Counted from the stretch's first letter, positions 16,106-26,469 are shown. The stretch is 32,047 nucleotides of DNA from a virus (IMGVR_UViG_3300032218_002291:1-32047), one strand, 5' to 3'. The notes: generated by a model not told the origin, from the letters alone. Made by a program: numbers and translations.

Positions 16106-16556
16106 TATAAACAAGAAAGCCGCACCGCAACGCTTAGTATTAGAGATTTCCCGTTCCGGTTCGTGGGGGAAAGTTCAATATGCCCATCGGCTTGAGTGCG
16201 GTCATAGCGAATACCGTAAACGTGCGCTGACGACGGAGAGGATTGCATGCACTCTTTGCGTAAAGGCACAGCAGGCTCGTGACACTCTCACCGAGATAGC
16301 AAGAGCAACAACAATCGAATACGCAGAACCTGTATGGGTGGATGAGATTGCTTCCGACATAGCAACCGCAGAGACCGACATTGGAAAACTAAGAGCATCC
16401 CTTGCTTCGGTTCTCGGTCTTAGCGCCGAAGCCATCGATATAGTTTCGGAGTACAGCGAAGACGGCTTACAAATATCCTACGTTGTTGTGTTTATGGATG
16501 CCGAACAGGCGATACGTATTGCCGGCCGCTCAAAGGCCGAGGTTGTCGATATCTAG
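16098..16556 (+). CDS. hypothetical protein (LECGH...CxxC)
   Basis: overlaps the upstream stop; start moved to ATG 16098. Confidence 0.75.
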   Translation: MTDINKKAAPQRLVLEISRSGSWGKVQYAHRLECGHSEYRKRALTTERIACTLCVKAQQARDTLTEIARATTIEYAEPVWVDEIASDIATAETDIGKLRASLASVLGLSAEAIDIVSEYSEDGLQISYVVVFMDAEQAIRIAGRSKAEVVDI

Positions 16557-17672
16557 AGCGTCTTGTTCTTGTTGAATAGTATATGCGCGCGTTCCAGGGC
16601 CAATCGGATTAACCGAAGTGATATTGATTTCATGGATAAGAAGATTACGTATCAACCAATGTAATGGGTAGGACCGTGGGTCTTTGTTGTGTTTCTTGCG
16701 GAACTCAGCACAATACGCACGCGCGCGGGTCTGCAAGCCTGGGGTAGCCATATTCTGGTCAACACAGCGTTTAACACCGCTCCAACCATCTACGGCATAT
16801 TGCATAATGCACTTTTCTAGGTCGAAGTCTGTCCACAAGCGTCGTTGCGCATCGATATGGGGGAAGCACTCGTACAAACGGTCATAGAACTCTGGCTCCG
16901 TAGCTACAACATCACCGAGACGACGGATTGCCACAGCATGCAACGGTATGCCGACGCGTGTATTGCTACCCGTAAGGGCGGCTAGGTCGTAATACTCACA
17001 ATATTCGGCTCCGTGCTCTTCAGAAATGAACTTAAGAACATCGTCAGTTTCCCAGTCATAAATCACTTTAGCAAAACGCAACGGAATGTTCTTTTTCATG
17101 CGGAATGGAATAACGATGTAGTTCTCATGAAGTTTCTGCACGCAAGAGCGGTAGCGAATCATTGATTCATTGGCTCGTACACCCGTGATGAATGCAACTT
17201 TTCCCTTTTTGCCCTGCATTGTGTAGTAATCGACTGATTCAGGTATTGATTTAGATGGGTCGAGACCGAAGTGTTCAGCACGAATTGCCCATGGGGGCAT
17301 CGGACGAACAAGACGACCTTGTTCTTCTCGATATTTAGACCAGAGTAAACAGTATTCACGACGACCAAGTACCCATACTTCTGCTCCATACGGAAGGCAG
17401 TACCATTCCATGTCAACCCAGTCGTAGTTGCGTACTTTCTCTACAAACTCAACCACGGAAGGACTCACCATTTCTTCGTCGCGGAAGATTACTTTCACAG
17501 GACCGAGACCACGCTCTTCGTGTATCTCTTTTGCTAGGTATAGAACTGCAGTCGAATCTTTTCCCCCAGAGAACTGAACACACACGGTGTCAAATGTGTC
17601 ATAGACGTGACGCATGCGTTCACGGGCTGCATCGACGCAATTTATATCAAGAAATAAACGCTGCCGTGTCAT
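16530..17672 (-). CDS. PAPS-reductase-family (IbrA/YbdN-like PP-loop) protein
   Basis: AARERM...FSGGKDS, F.DEE, GVRANES..R, IYDW...DV. Confidence 0.88.
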   Translation of the reverse strand: MTRQRLFLDINCVDAARERMRHVYDTFDTVCVQFSGGKDSTAVLYLAKEIHEERGLGPVKVIFRDEEMVSPSVVEFVEKVRNYDWVDMEWYCLPYGAEVWVLGRREYCLLWSKYREEQGRLVRPMPPWAIRAEHFGLDPSKSIPESVDYYTMQGKKGKVAFITGVRANESMIRYRSCVQKLHENYIVIPFRMKKNIPLRFAKVIYDWETDDVLKFISEEHGAEYCEYYDLAALTGSNTRVGIPLHAVAIRRLGDVVATEPEFYDRLYECFPHIDAQRRLWTDFDLEKCIMQYAVDGWSGVKRCVDQNMATPGLQTRARAYCAEFRKKHNKDPRSYPLHWLIRNLLIHEINITSVNPIGPGTRAYTIQQEQDALDIDNLGL

Positions 17673-17707
17673 TTGACTATCCTACCTGGGATGTATAGGA
17701 TACGCAC

Positions 17708-17962
17708 ATGACAAAAACGCATTACGAAGTCTATGAATTGGACTTAAAAGACGATGGGCTCGATGTATGGCAGGCCACATGGGATAAAAAAGAAACAATC
17801 ACCATATATAGGGGCACGAAATCAAACGACCAGACTTGTGTTACAAGAATGCAGACCATAAGCGTCTCGAGAGGGAAGAAACGGTTCACGGTAAACGAGT
17901 TTCTACAACTGGTTGATGAGTTTATTGCGGAAACGATTAGCTTCGAAAAGAAGAACAAGTAA
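17708..17962 (+). CDS. hypothetical protein, leaderless
   Basis: TAGGAT-N6-ATG. Confidence 0.7.
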   Translation: MTKTHYEVYELDLKDDGLDVWQATWDKKETITIYRGTKSNDQTCVTRMQTISVSRGKKRFTVNEFLQLVDEFIAETISFEKKNK

Positions 17963-18116
17963 AATCGGAGTGACCTGGGTAGAAAGGAAAAGTTCCCAGG
18001 CCACTCCTAATTGCGGAGGCGTTTCCAGGTCCGGTCGGAGTGAAAACGCTCTTGCACAACTTGACCACATTCTATACATACTTGCCGTAGTGATAGAGTA
18101 AGTACAAGGAGATTCC

Positions 18117-19142
18117 ATGGCACACGAACTTGAAATTACAGGGCAAAAGGCGAAGATGGCTTATGCAACGGGCGGCGGACGGATGACTCCATGGCATCGA
18201 CTTGGCGTTCCCATGGAGGGCCTCCAGACATTGGAGCAAATGCTTGAAGCGGCACAAGCTGACTACGATGTGATTCTTACCCGCGTTGCTGCGGTAGATG
18301 ACAAAGGCGACCTGATACGAAACTCGGACGGTTCTGTTGTCTTGGTGGAAGATAGTCGGGCAACTGTCCGCCAGAACCTTGATGGCTCCTTTAATGCGCT
18401 TGCAACCGTAGGCACTCGATACGAAGTACGTCAGAACAGAGAAGTATTAGAAAGAGCGCTTGCTGTCGTCGGCGCCTCAGAAGGGGATGCCGTAATGGAT
18501 ACCCTCGGAGTACTACGAAATGGCTCACGTTTCTTTGCAACCATAGAGCTTGGAGGTTTAGTTATAGACCCTGCCGGCGTCAATGACAAGATAGCTCGCT
18601 ACTTGGTTGTATCCGCAGGGCATGACGGTATCTGGCCTATCCGTTATGCGAATACTGACATCCGTGCAGTCTGCAGCAACACAGTTGTTCTTGGTCTGAA
18701 GAGCGCACAGCGTGTATTCACGGCAAGACATACAAGAAATGTTGATGGAACGCTCGAAGAAGCGCGCAAAGTGCTGAACATTTCCGTCAAGTGGGCTGAA
18801 TCGTTTGGACAGGAAGCAGAAAGAATGCTTTTAATCCAAGCACCACTTGGTGGAAAGAAGATTGATTCAGTTATTGGAACTGTTTTCCCTAAGGGCAAGG
18901 ACGAAACAGAGCGTCAAAAGAATAACCGTGAAGAGATATACGAACTTATTCGCAATATTTACTTGAACGACAGAAATGCGGGCAAATTCGGCTTTAATGG
19001 TTGGTCTTTATACAACGCAATAGTCGAATACATTGACTTCTACCGTTTATCGGACCCGATAGCCGGAGCAATCGCAGCGATGGATGAAAATTCATCAAGC
19101 ACACAAAAAAAGATACTTGCTCACCGCGCGGTGGTATCATGA
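18117..19142 (+). CDS. DUF932-family phage/plasmid protein
   Basis: PWHRLG, Y...QN.E, G.LRNG.RFF, HDG, R.VC.NT, RHT, W.LYNA..EY.D. Confidence 0.88.
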   Translation: MAHELEITGQKAKMAYATGGGRMTPWHRLGVPMEGLQTLEQMLEAAQADYDVILTRVAAVDDKGDLIRNSDGSVVLVEDSRATVRQNLDGSFNALATVGTRYEVRQNREVLERALAVVGASEGDAVMDTLGVLRNGSRFFATIELGGLVIDPAGVNDKIARYLVVSAGHDGIWPIRYANTDIRAVCSNTVVLGLKSAQRVFTARHTRNVDGTLEEARKVLNISVKWAESFGQEAERMLLIQAPLGGKKIDSVIGTVFPKGKDETERQKNNREEIYELIRNIYLNDRNAGKFGFNGWSLYNAIVEYIDFYRLSDPIAGAIAAMDENSSSTQKKILAHRAVVS

Positions 19143-19146
19143 ATAC

Positions 19147-19623
19147 ATGTCAAATAGCGAAGGTCCTTTCGATTGGGAAGATGAAAATGACCCAGTGTTT
19201 ATCAGCGATGATGATTACAGCGGAGAAGAAACTACACCTCTAGAAGATTTTAGAAGACTTATGATTCAAGATAGAATCATAAGTGAATTTGTTAATGAAG
19301 CGTGGGATTTTGGTGGTATTGCCACTATTTCCGATGTTATTAACCATATTGAACGCAAAATAGGTTGGAGAACAGAGATAATCGCAGACAAGTCTGCACT
19401 AGATGATTATATGTTTTTTGATAACGACATTTTTGACCGAGACATCTGGGATTCTTATACAAACTCAGATGAATATCAAGACCTTGTGTACGAAGTTGCC
19501 TATCAATCTGAAGCAGCTATGCGTTTATTTGCAAAAAGGGAATGTGGGAAGTTGACCGCTAAAGACAAGTTCAAAACACTGGCCAGAAACTCACTTTACA
19601 AATTAGTGAGATATTTCGACTAG
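19147..19623 (+). CDS. acidic hypothetical protein, leaderless
   Basis: TATCAT-N6-ATG; start moved to 19147. Confidence 0.75.
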   Translation: MSNSEGPFDWEDENDPVFISDDDYSGEETTPLEDFRRLMIQDRIISEFVNEAWDFGGIATISDVINHIERKIGWRTEIIADKSALDDYMFFDNDIFDRDIWDSYTNSDEYQDLVYEVAYQSEAAMRLFAKRECGKLTAKDKFKTLARNSLYKLVRYFD

Positions 19624-19663
19624 AAACTTGCAATTGCTTTGACACCCTTGTATCGTTGAGCGC

Positions 19664-20005
19664 ATGCAGGAACCTCAAAAGAATAGTAACCATGTAAGCA
19701 TTGGGAAACTTGATGCAGTTTCTGAACTGGATTTATTCTTCCCGAAAGAACCGTTGCCCAAATTTGTCGGTGACTGCAAAGGCCTCCCAACCGATTGGTG
19801 GTTTCCTGAGCATGGTGACCGCGGCAACGATACATTTTCTCGCGCGCGTGAGATTTGCAAGAACTGTTCGGCAAACGAGGAGTGCTTAGAGTTTTCTTTG
19901 CGCTCACCCAATCTTCACGGCATGTGGGCTGGATTAACTCCAAAGCAACGTCAGGCTGAGCGTCGGCGACGATATCGTGCATCATTGAAACCTAAAGCAA
20001 AGTAG
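19664..20005 (+). CDS. whiB: WhiB-family Fe-S transcription factor
   Basis: C...WWFP...AREICKNC....ECLEFSL...HGMWAGLTPKQR. Confidence 0.92.
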   Translation: MQEPQKNSNHVSIGKLDAVSELDLFFPKEPLPKFVGDCKGLPTDWWFPEHGDRGNDTFSRAREICKNCSANEECLEFSLRSPNLHGMWAGLTPKQRQAERRRRYRASLKPKAK

Positions 20006-20008
20006 CAA

Positions 20009-21751
20009 ATGGCCTCAGAACAAGTACAACGAGTGCTCGACCGTTTGGACGGCGTGCATCAGAACACTCCAACGCAATGGGGTGCTCGTTGTCCGTGCCG
20101 TAGCGATGATGAAAACCCGTCATTAAGCATTGGGGAGGGAGACGGTGGCGAGTTACTTATGACTTGCCATTACGGAGACCCGTGTGACTTCACCGAGATA
20201 TGCAATGCGCTAGGGCTCGAAGGGTCCCAGGTATCTGTTCGCAAGAAAGAACTCAACGCGAGCAAATCCCCAAAAAAGAAGCGCAAGCTTACAAAGGTTT
20301 ATCCGTACGAAGACGAGAAAGGCAATCTTCTCTACGAGAAACTTCGGTACACGACAGACGATGGTGCTAAGTCTTTTAGCCATCGCCGTATCGACCCAGA
20401 AAATCCGACTGAATACATTTGGAGTGCGTCAGGAGTGCGCAAAGTTCTTTATCGATTGCCACAAGTGATTGAGGCAATAGTAAGTAGCCAAACAGTCTGG
20501 CTCGTCGAGGGCGAGAAAGATGTAGACACGCTCGTAGCTAAAGGTCTTTGTGCAACAACCATGTCAAGCGGAGCAGGACACTGGGAGCAAGAGTTCACAG
20601 ACATTCTTGCTGGTGCAGAATTCGTGGAGATTATCGCTGACAATGACGAGCCGGGCAAGAAGCATGCATTGAGTGTCCGTGAGCTTTTATTAGCCGCAGG
20701 TGGAAACTGCCGTGTACGAGTTTCTCCATACGGCAAGGACATTACCGACCATATTTCTTCTGGTCATAAAGCCAGCGAGTTGATAGAGATTGATTATGAA
20801 CTCCCAGATGGGCAAGCATCAGAGATACTTGAAGCCGTAGATGAAAACGAAGTAGAGGGAGAGCTTCTAGAGTCAATCAAAGAAGTGCTAGGCCGAGACG
20901 GTCTTACTATTTCCCAAAAGTTGAACCGTCTATCGATGGTTATCAACACCTTTGATTTGCAAGATACAGAAGACGCAGGTCGGCTTGTTAACTGGCAAGA
21001 GTTCTTGCGTGAAGCCGACAATGATACCTACGAATGGGTTATCCCTGGCCTACTTGAGAAGAGCGAGCGCGTAATCGTTGTTGCCGCCGAAGGTGTTGGC
21101 AAGACCATGCTTGCGCGTCAAGTTGCTATCTGTGCTGCTGCTGGGATTCACCCATTTACATACCAGCCAATGCCACCCGTGCGAACATTAACGATTGACC
21201 TTGAGAACCCTGAGCGAATTATTCGTCGTGCATCACGAAGCATCATGGAAAGCGCAGTACGTAAGTCGGGAGCAAAAGAAGTAGATGCACGCTTGTACAT
21301 ACGTCCGCAGGGAATTGATATTTGCAATGACAAAGACCGCATGGTTATTGAGCAACTAATAGAGAGCGTCAAACCTCAACTCATTTGCATGGGGCCGCTT
21401 TACAAGTCTTATCTAGACAACGGAACAAAGAGCTCGGAAGCACTAGCGATTGAGGTTGCACGTTTTCTAGACCGGATACGAGATGTGTATGGATGCGCTC
21501 TGTGGCTTGAACACCACGCCCCACTTGGTTCTACTATGTCCACCCGTGACCTTCGTCCATTTGGCTCTTCCGTATGGTCACGTTGGCCTGAGTTTGGTAT
21601 CTCCATCACACCAGACCCGACAGCGCTTGAGGGCTACGTGTACGACGTGCGACACTTCCGCGGTGCCCGCGATAAACGAGCCTGGCCTGTCAAAATGAAA
21701 CGCAGTCTCACCCTTCCATTCGAGGTCATAGAATTCATGAAAATGGATTAG
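20009..21751 (+). CDS. primase-helicase fusion (Zn-binding, TOPRIM, RecA-like AAA_25)
   Basis: CPC..D..PSLSI..CH; VEGEKD, DND..G; AAEGVGKT. Confidence 0.9.
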   Translation: MASEQVQRVLDRLDGVHQNTPTQWGARCPCRSDDENPSLSIGEGDGGELLMTCHYGDPCDFTEICNALGLEGSQVSVRKKELNASKSPKKKRKLTKVYPYEDEKGNLLYEKLRYTTDDGAKSFSHRRIDPENPTEYIWSASGVRKVLYRLPQVIEAIVSSQTVWLVEGEKDVDTLVAKGLCATTMSSGAGHWEQEFTDILAGAEFVEIIADNDEPGKKHALSVRELLLAAGGNCRVRVSPYGKDITDHISSGHKASELIEIDYELPDGQASEILEAVDENEVEGELLESIKEVLGRDGLTISQKLNRLSMVINTFDLQDTEDAGRLVNWQEFLREADNDTYEWVIPGLLEKSERVIVVAAEGVGKTMLARQVAICAAAGIHPFTYQPMPPVRTLTIDLENPERIIRRASRSIMESAVRKSGAKEVDARLYIRPQGIDICNDKDRMVIEQLIESVKPQLICMGPLYKSYLDNGTKSSEALAIEVARFLDRIRDVYGCALWLEHHAPLGSTMSTRDLRPFGSSVWSRWPEFGISITPDPTALEGYVYDVRHFRGARDKRAWPVKMKRSLTLPFEVIEFMKMD

Positions 21752-21760
21752 ACTATTTAC

Positions 21761-22441
21761 ATGGCAGATAACGGGAAGTCTTTGACTAAGGAATTTCTGG
21801 CCGAACGCGATACCAGAATATTCAAGATGAAGCAGGCTGGTCACTCCAATCAGGAGATTGGTAGACGATTTGGTGTTAGCACACAAGTCGTTGGCAAGGC
21901 AGTTGGACGCCAGCTTGAGAGATTGAATCGCGAAGCACTGATGGCCTACCCAGAAGTTCTGCGTATGGAATTAGAGAGACTCGACGCATTACAGCAAGCC
22001 ATCTGGCCCATGACACAACCAAGGAAACAGCGAATGGATGATGGGACTGAAGTTATCCAAGAACCGGACCTCAAAGCAATTCAGCAAGTGCTAGCAATCA
22101 TCGATAGGCGCTCAAAGCTTCTAGGGATGGAGCAGAACAATGTCAATATCCAGATGGATGTCGGCATGCAGACTCCAATAAGGGCAACCCTTGCCGGAGC
22201 CGCCCCCAAAAGCGCACATGACCAGTTCAGCCCTGAAGCAGAAGTGCGTAAGCTTCTTGAAATTATGGGAAACTCTGGAGTCATGCCACTAAATGAGATT
22301 GAAAAGATTCTTGGCTCCTCAAAAGCATTGGAAGCAGTTAACCCTGATGGATTTATACATGATGCAGAAATCATTGATGAAGAAAACGATGATAGTGTGA
22401 GTGAAGCCGATGAGATGGAAGAGACTGATATTGATGAGTAA
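21761..22441 (+). CDS. HTH protein, possibly terminase small subunit-like
   Basis: N-terminal HTH; ELERLD.L...W, AI..VL.I.DRR.KLLG. Confidence 0.65.
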   Translation: MADNGKSLTKEFLAERDTRIFKMKQAGHSNQEIGRRFGVSTQVVGKAVGRQLERLNREALMAYPEVLRMELERLDALQQAIWPMTQPRKQRMDDGTEVIQEPDLKAIQQVLAIIDRRSKLLGMEQNNVNIQMDVGMQTPIRATLAGAAPKSAHDQFSPEAEVRKLLEIMGNSGVMPLNEIEKILGSSKALEAVNPDGFIHDAEIIDEENDDSVSEADEMEETDIDE

Positions 22442-22868
22442 ACCAGATAAAAGTCAACCAGAGTTCATTAACCTTTTGGATGCACCCGCAGTAGATATCA
22501 AAGAAGTGATTGTCGAAGAGCCTACGGGATTTGATACTGAAGAAGGTCAAGAAGAACCCGGCAACATGGCGGCAGCAATGAACAAGGTCGCTGAAACCCT
22601 CAACATGACTAGAAAAACGAACACAGGTTCAAAGACTGGAGAGCCAGCACAACGTCAAGTCTTGCTGCGCGCCTCAGCAGAAGACCATGAGAGATGGAAA
22701 AAAACAGCTGAGTCAAAAGGGATGGCTTTATCCGAACTGATAAGGGAGCTATGCAATATTGCTGCAGCAGAAACGCTCGACTGTCAACACCCAGCAGAGT
22801 TTCGCAAAACCTACAAATGGTCGGATACATGCCTCAAGTGCAACACCAGACTTCGTGGCTGGCAGTGA
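22434..22868 (+). CDS. ribbon-helix-helix protein with C-terminal Cys/His cluster
   Basis: QVLLRAS..DHERWK..A...GMALSELIR; CQH...CLKC. Confidence 0.7.
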   Translation: MSKPDKSQPEFINLLDAPAVDIKEVIVEEPTGFDTEEGQEEPGNMAAAMNKVAETLNMTRKTNTGSKTGEPAQRQVLLRASAEDHERWKKTAESKGMALSELIRELCNIAAAETLDCQHPAEFRKTYKWSDTCLKCNTRLRGWQ

Positions 22869-22881
22869 ATAGGTTTAATTC

Positions 22882-23109
22882 ATGAAATTAAGCTACTTGT
22901 CGTTCAATGATTTCTTGGCAGACGTAAGCATTAAGTACGAGAAGTGGGTTAAGCAGGACCCGTCAATGAGGTACGGACAGGTCTACTTCAACTTGTTGTC
23001 TGCGTCACGACCCGACATAGCAGAGACAATTCGTGGAACAATGCTCGACCCATTCTATAAAGACGAAGTGAAGAACGAAACACATAAGGTTGTCGAAAGC
23101 AAGTGGTGA
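22882..23109 (+). CDS. conserved hypothetical phage protein
   Basis: RYGQ.YFN.L...RP.IA..IRGT..DPFY; leaderless start. Confidence 0.8.
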   Translation: MKLSYLSFNDFLADVSIKYEKWVKQDPSMRYGQVYFNLLSASRPDIAETIRGTMLDPFYKDEVKNETHKVVESKW

Positions 23110-23110
23110 T

Positions 23111-23881
23111 ATGGGCGTTTCAGTTTACGATGATGTTGTTATTGGTTTTATCCCTTCAACGCCTGCTACTCCGTATACTGAAGAAAGCCCTACAACGTCA
23201 GCTGATGACTCACTAATAGAGTTTGCTATGACTCTTGGGTATCCAGTCGGATACGCACAAGAACAAGAGGGAAGAATAGTCCAGAACATAGTTCCAGTGC
23301 ACAAGACTGAGCATGGACAAATTTCTACATCTTCAAAGGCTGAGCTAGCCCTCCACACTGAGACAGCATTTCACCCGTACAAGCCAGACTACGTGCTCTT
23401 ACTTTGTGTTCGCTCAGACCCGAGCGCAGAAACTACCTACGCTAACCTTGACGATATCTTGCCGAAGCTAGACAAGGACACAATCCGTACGCTAATGAAC
23501 CCGTGGTTCCTAACAAGGATTGACGAGAGCTTCAGAACAAAAGGGGAGCCAGACATGGATATCCCTTTGTCCATAATTAGGGAATCTGATAACAAGTTGG
23601 AGATGACGTACGACGCGACTGTTATGTCCGGTATCAATCATGCAGCCAGGAATGCACTTGTAGACCTAGAGGCCGCTATCAACTCATCGGTTCAGGCCAT
23701 AGCCCTCAGGACTTCGCAACTACTGGTCATAGATAACAGGACAACCGTTCACGGAAGGCGTCCATTCCAACCAAAGTATGACGGTAGGGACAGATGGCTC
23801 AAAAGGGCCCTTATTGTAAAGAACTTGCCACCCGAAGATGAGTACAAAGACGGTGTTATTACTACCAAGTTTCCAAGGTAG
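23111..23881 (+). CDS. TauD/clavaminate-synthase-like Fe(II)/2-oxoglutarate dioxygenase
   Basis: LHTETAFHP..PDYVLLLC; DNR.TVHGR.PF.P.YDG.DRWLKR. Confidence 0.88.
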   Translation: MGVSVYDDVVIGFIPSTPATPYTEESPTTSADDSLIEFAMTLGYPVGYAQEQEGRIVQNIVPVHKTEHGQISTSSKAELALHTETAFHPYKPDYVLLLCVRSDPSAETTYANLDDILPKLDKDTIRTLMNPWFLTRIDESFRTKGEPDMDIPLSIIRESDNKLEMTYDATVMSGINHAARNALVDLEAAINSSVQAIALRTSQLLVIDNRTTVHGRRPFQPKYDGRDRWLKRALIVKNLPPEDEYKDGVITTKFPR

Positions 23882-24472
23882 TTACATATTCCAGTTGCCT
23901 AGCCCGCTCTCACTGTTCTCCATAATGTAGCGAGCCACCCGTAGGTTGCAGTCAACTGTCTTGAGACCTTGCATGTGGTTTAGTACTGCGTCATCTCCGC
24001 ACACCTTGGCTGTGACTGTCTTCCAGGAGGAGTTAATTTGGAGGATGCCGGTATCGTATGTACCGTTCTTGTTCAAGGAGTAGGTGATGTTCCCGTTGGC
24101 ATCCCAGGCGGCGTTTTGGGCCACACGACGACAGCTTGATTCACGCCAGGCAATGTACGACCAGGTTTCGACAGGGTATAGCCCGTAAGCCTCAAGTACT
24201 GGTTCGAGCTTTGGGCAACGCATAGATGGGTCTGCTGGGACTTTTGCCCTGCGGCCAGCATGGTCATTCTTTACTGGTGGAAGACTAGGAAGCTCCGTAA
24301 GCCCGAATCTCTTAACGAGAGTGGCTTGCTCATCCGCTCCTTCCGCGGCCCGTATGGAGGCTGTAGGAGCACTCTGGAGGGCGATTACAGACTGGTCTGT
24401 ACCTCCAGATGGGAGTGTTGCTCCCGCTATGAATAAGAGTATAGAAATTCCATATCCGTAAAGTGTGTTCAA
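23882..24472 (-). CDS. secreted lytic transglycosylase-like protein
   Basis: signal/TM segment; IAWRES; D.GILQINS; CNL..A. Confidence 0.8.
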   Translation of the reverse strand: MNTLYGYGISILLFIAGATLPSGGTDQSVIALQSAPTASIRAAEGADEQATLVKRFGLTELPSLPPVKNDHAGRRAKVPADPSMRCPKLEPVLEAYGLYPVETWSYIAWRESSCRRVAQNAAWDANGNITYSLNKNGTYDTGILQINSSWKTVTAKVCGDDAVLNHMQGLKTVDCNLRVARYIMENSESGLGNWNM

Positions 24473-24674
24473 TTCATGTTCCTTTGCTAGATGAATAGGA
24501 CTGGGCTGAATTCGAGAAGCGCCCGGGTTACTTAGTCAATAACCTCATACATAAATTATACCCCCAGTGGACATCAGATTGCAATATTCCGTCAAATGAT
24601 TGTATAAAACAGGCGGATATGGGCCTTTGCGTACAAGGGTTTTAAAAAAACTTAATATTTCTTGCCCATAAACG

Positions 24675-24726
24675 CCAAAAATCCCCTCCGAGAGACGTTC
24701 TGGGGGAACACTCGGAGGGGATTTGG
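24675..24726 (-). terminator. terminator downstream of ssb
   Basis: AAATCCCCTCCGAG...CTCGGAGGGGATTT inverted repeat. Confidence 0.65.
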
Positions 24727-24743
24727 TATCTCTGTTTAGAGAA

Positions 24744-25184
24744 CTAGAACGGCTCTTCTTCTAGAGCTACAGCTTTGCGAGGTGCTGGTTTTGCTGCCGA
24801 AGCACCAACGAGTTCACCTTCACCCGCACCCTTGCCTTGACGACGCTCGAATGATTCGATTGACATGAGACCGAGACCAATGCTGTCAGCAATGATTACA
24901 ATCTTGGCTCGCTTGTCACCCGTGGTCTTGTCGTTCCATGTCTGCTGTTCCAAACGACCCGTGATGGTTACACGAACACCCTTGGTCAAAACACGAGCAA
25001 CATCCTCAGCGAGGAAGCGCCATGCGTTTACGTCGTAGAACGAAACTTGTTCTTTCTTTTCTCCGTTGTCCGTCCATGTGCGATTGTCTGCGATGCTAAA
25101 TGAAGCCTTCGCAGTTCCGCTGTCAAAGAACGTAATTTCTGGGTCTGATGTCAGATTCCCTGTAACCGTTACCGTATTGGACAT
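24744..25184 (-). CDS. ssb: single-stranded DNA-binding protein
   Basis: VTGNLT.DPE; W..LAE.V...L.KG.RV.I.GRL.Q; acidic EEEPF tail. Confidence 0.95.
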   Translation of the reverse strand: MSNTVTVTGNLTSDPEITFFDSGTAKASFSIADNRTWTDNGEKKEQVSFYDVNAWRFLAEDVARVLTKGVRVTITGRLEQQTWNDKTTGDKRAKIVIIADSIGLGLMSIESFERRQGKGAGEGELVGASAAKPAPRKAVALEEEPF

Positions 25185-25258
25185 GTACTCTCCTATTCGC
25201 TATTTGGTGGCCGTGGCCTTGATGGATAAAAGCATAGCGCCCGTGTTAGGATAATGCA

Positions 25259-25498
25259 ATGCCTCAGACAGAAAAATTTCCAGAGCAAAGAATGACTATT
25301 TTGAAGCACCTACAAAAGGAGCTATTCAATCTGGTGAACACTGGCAATCTCTCGGATTCAGAAGAACAAACGATTCTTATTGAGATGCGCGAAATTGCTC
25401 AAACCATCCTCATAGCTTTAGGTCTCGACATCACTGGTGAGTCTGAAGATGGAAGCATTCAGGCAAACATATTCCTTAGTGAGGTCGGTGACCAATGA
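25259..25498 (+). CDS. hypothetical protein, leaderless
   Basis: TAGGAT-N6-ATG; ATGA coupling to the ParB-like gene. Confidence 0.75.
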   Translation: MPQTEKFPEQRMTILKHLQKELFNLVNTGNLSDSEEQTILIEMREIAQTILIALGLDITGESEDGSIQANIFLSEVGDQ

Positions 25499-26271
25499 TT
25501 CACCCGTCGATTGAAAACCTCGCAGTATCAATCAAGACACTGGTGCCACTAGAGAACAATCCACGCAAGGGTGACCTTGGTGCAATCATCGCTTCGTACA
25601 GACAGTTCGGTCAGGTTAAGCCCATAGTCGTTAAGACCAATGGCGATGGAACATCTACAGTCATAGCTGGTAATCACCAACTACAGGCCGCAAAGCAACT
25701 TGGTTGGACTGAGATAGCAGTAGTCGAATTGGATGTAGAGAACACAGAAGCAATTGCCTTTGCCCTTGCTGACAACAGAACATCGGAGCTTGGCTTCACT
25801 GACAACTCCTTGGTTCTAGACATGATTTCAGAGATTGGAGAGTACGGCGAGTACAGCCAACTACTTGCAGACTTGCAATGGGATGAGTTTGAGATAGCCG
25901 CAATCACTGAGTGGTCAGAGAAGAACGACCCAGACGATGAAGAAGAGCGTGGCTATGTTGCACCCGTGATGACTGAGCAGCCAAAGCTCGATGGCAGTGT
26001 TGTCACAACAACTAAAGGTGAAGATGGCGAAACGGTTTTAACTGCTGGCGATGGGGTGGATACGCAAGATGCAGTAGCCCGTGGCAGTGGTGCAATAAGT
26101 TCAGGTGGTGGTGGTTCTGCAGTGGTTCAATACACACTTGTATTTGATGACGCGAATCAGCAAAAAGATTGGTATCAGTTCATCCGCTATTTGAAGTCTT
26201 CACCCGTATATGAAGGTGACACTACATCTGAGCGTTTGATGAACTTCGTGCAGTCGCACGCCGACTACTAG
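25495..26271 (+). CDS. ParB/Srx N-terminal domain protein
   Basis: L.P...NPR.G, FGQ.KPIVV, VIAGNH...AA..LGW, ALADNR. Confidence 0.88.
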   Translation: MIHPSIENLAVSIKTLVPLENNPRKGDLGAIIASYRQFGQVKPIVVKTNGDGTSTVIAGNHQLQAAKQLGWTEIAVVELDVENTEAIAFALADNRTSELGFTDNSLVLDMISEIGEYGEYSQLLADLQWDEFEIAAITEWSEKNDPDDEEERGYVAPVMTEQPKLDGSVVTTTKGEDGETVLTAGDGVDTQDAVARGSGAISSGGGGSAVVQYTLVFDDANQQKDWYQFIRYLKSSPVYEGDTTSERLMNFVQSHADY

Positions 26272-26444
26272 AACAGGTCGTCTGGTAGGTCTTCTAGAAA
26301 TACAGGACGCTTGCTATCTGTTTCGAATCTGTCAAGATTGATTTCTACTGGATTGTTGTGGCGTGTCCTGCGCAGAACCACAACAACGTACGCAACGAAT
26401 AGCCCGTGTCCGAATCCGAGAACAAATCCTAGGGTGTAGTTCAT
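26268..26444 (-). CDS. small membrane protein
   Basis: TAGAAT-N6-ATG; N-terminal TM. Confidence 0.6.
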   Translation of the reverse strand: MNYTLGFVLGFGHGLFVAYVVVVLRRTRHNNPVEINLDRFETDSKRPVFLEDLPDDLF

Positions 26445-26469
26445 AATCACATTCTAGACGATAGCGGGA

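Noticed and set aside
24473-24570. possible riboswitch in the leader of the lytic transglycosylase gene
   Set aside because: The leader is only ~85 nt with a modest hairpin and shows no recognisable c-di-AMP or other aptamer motifs.
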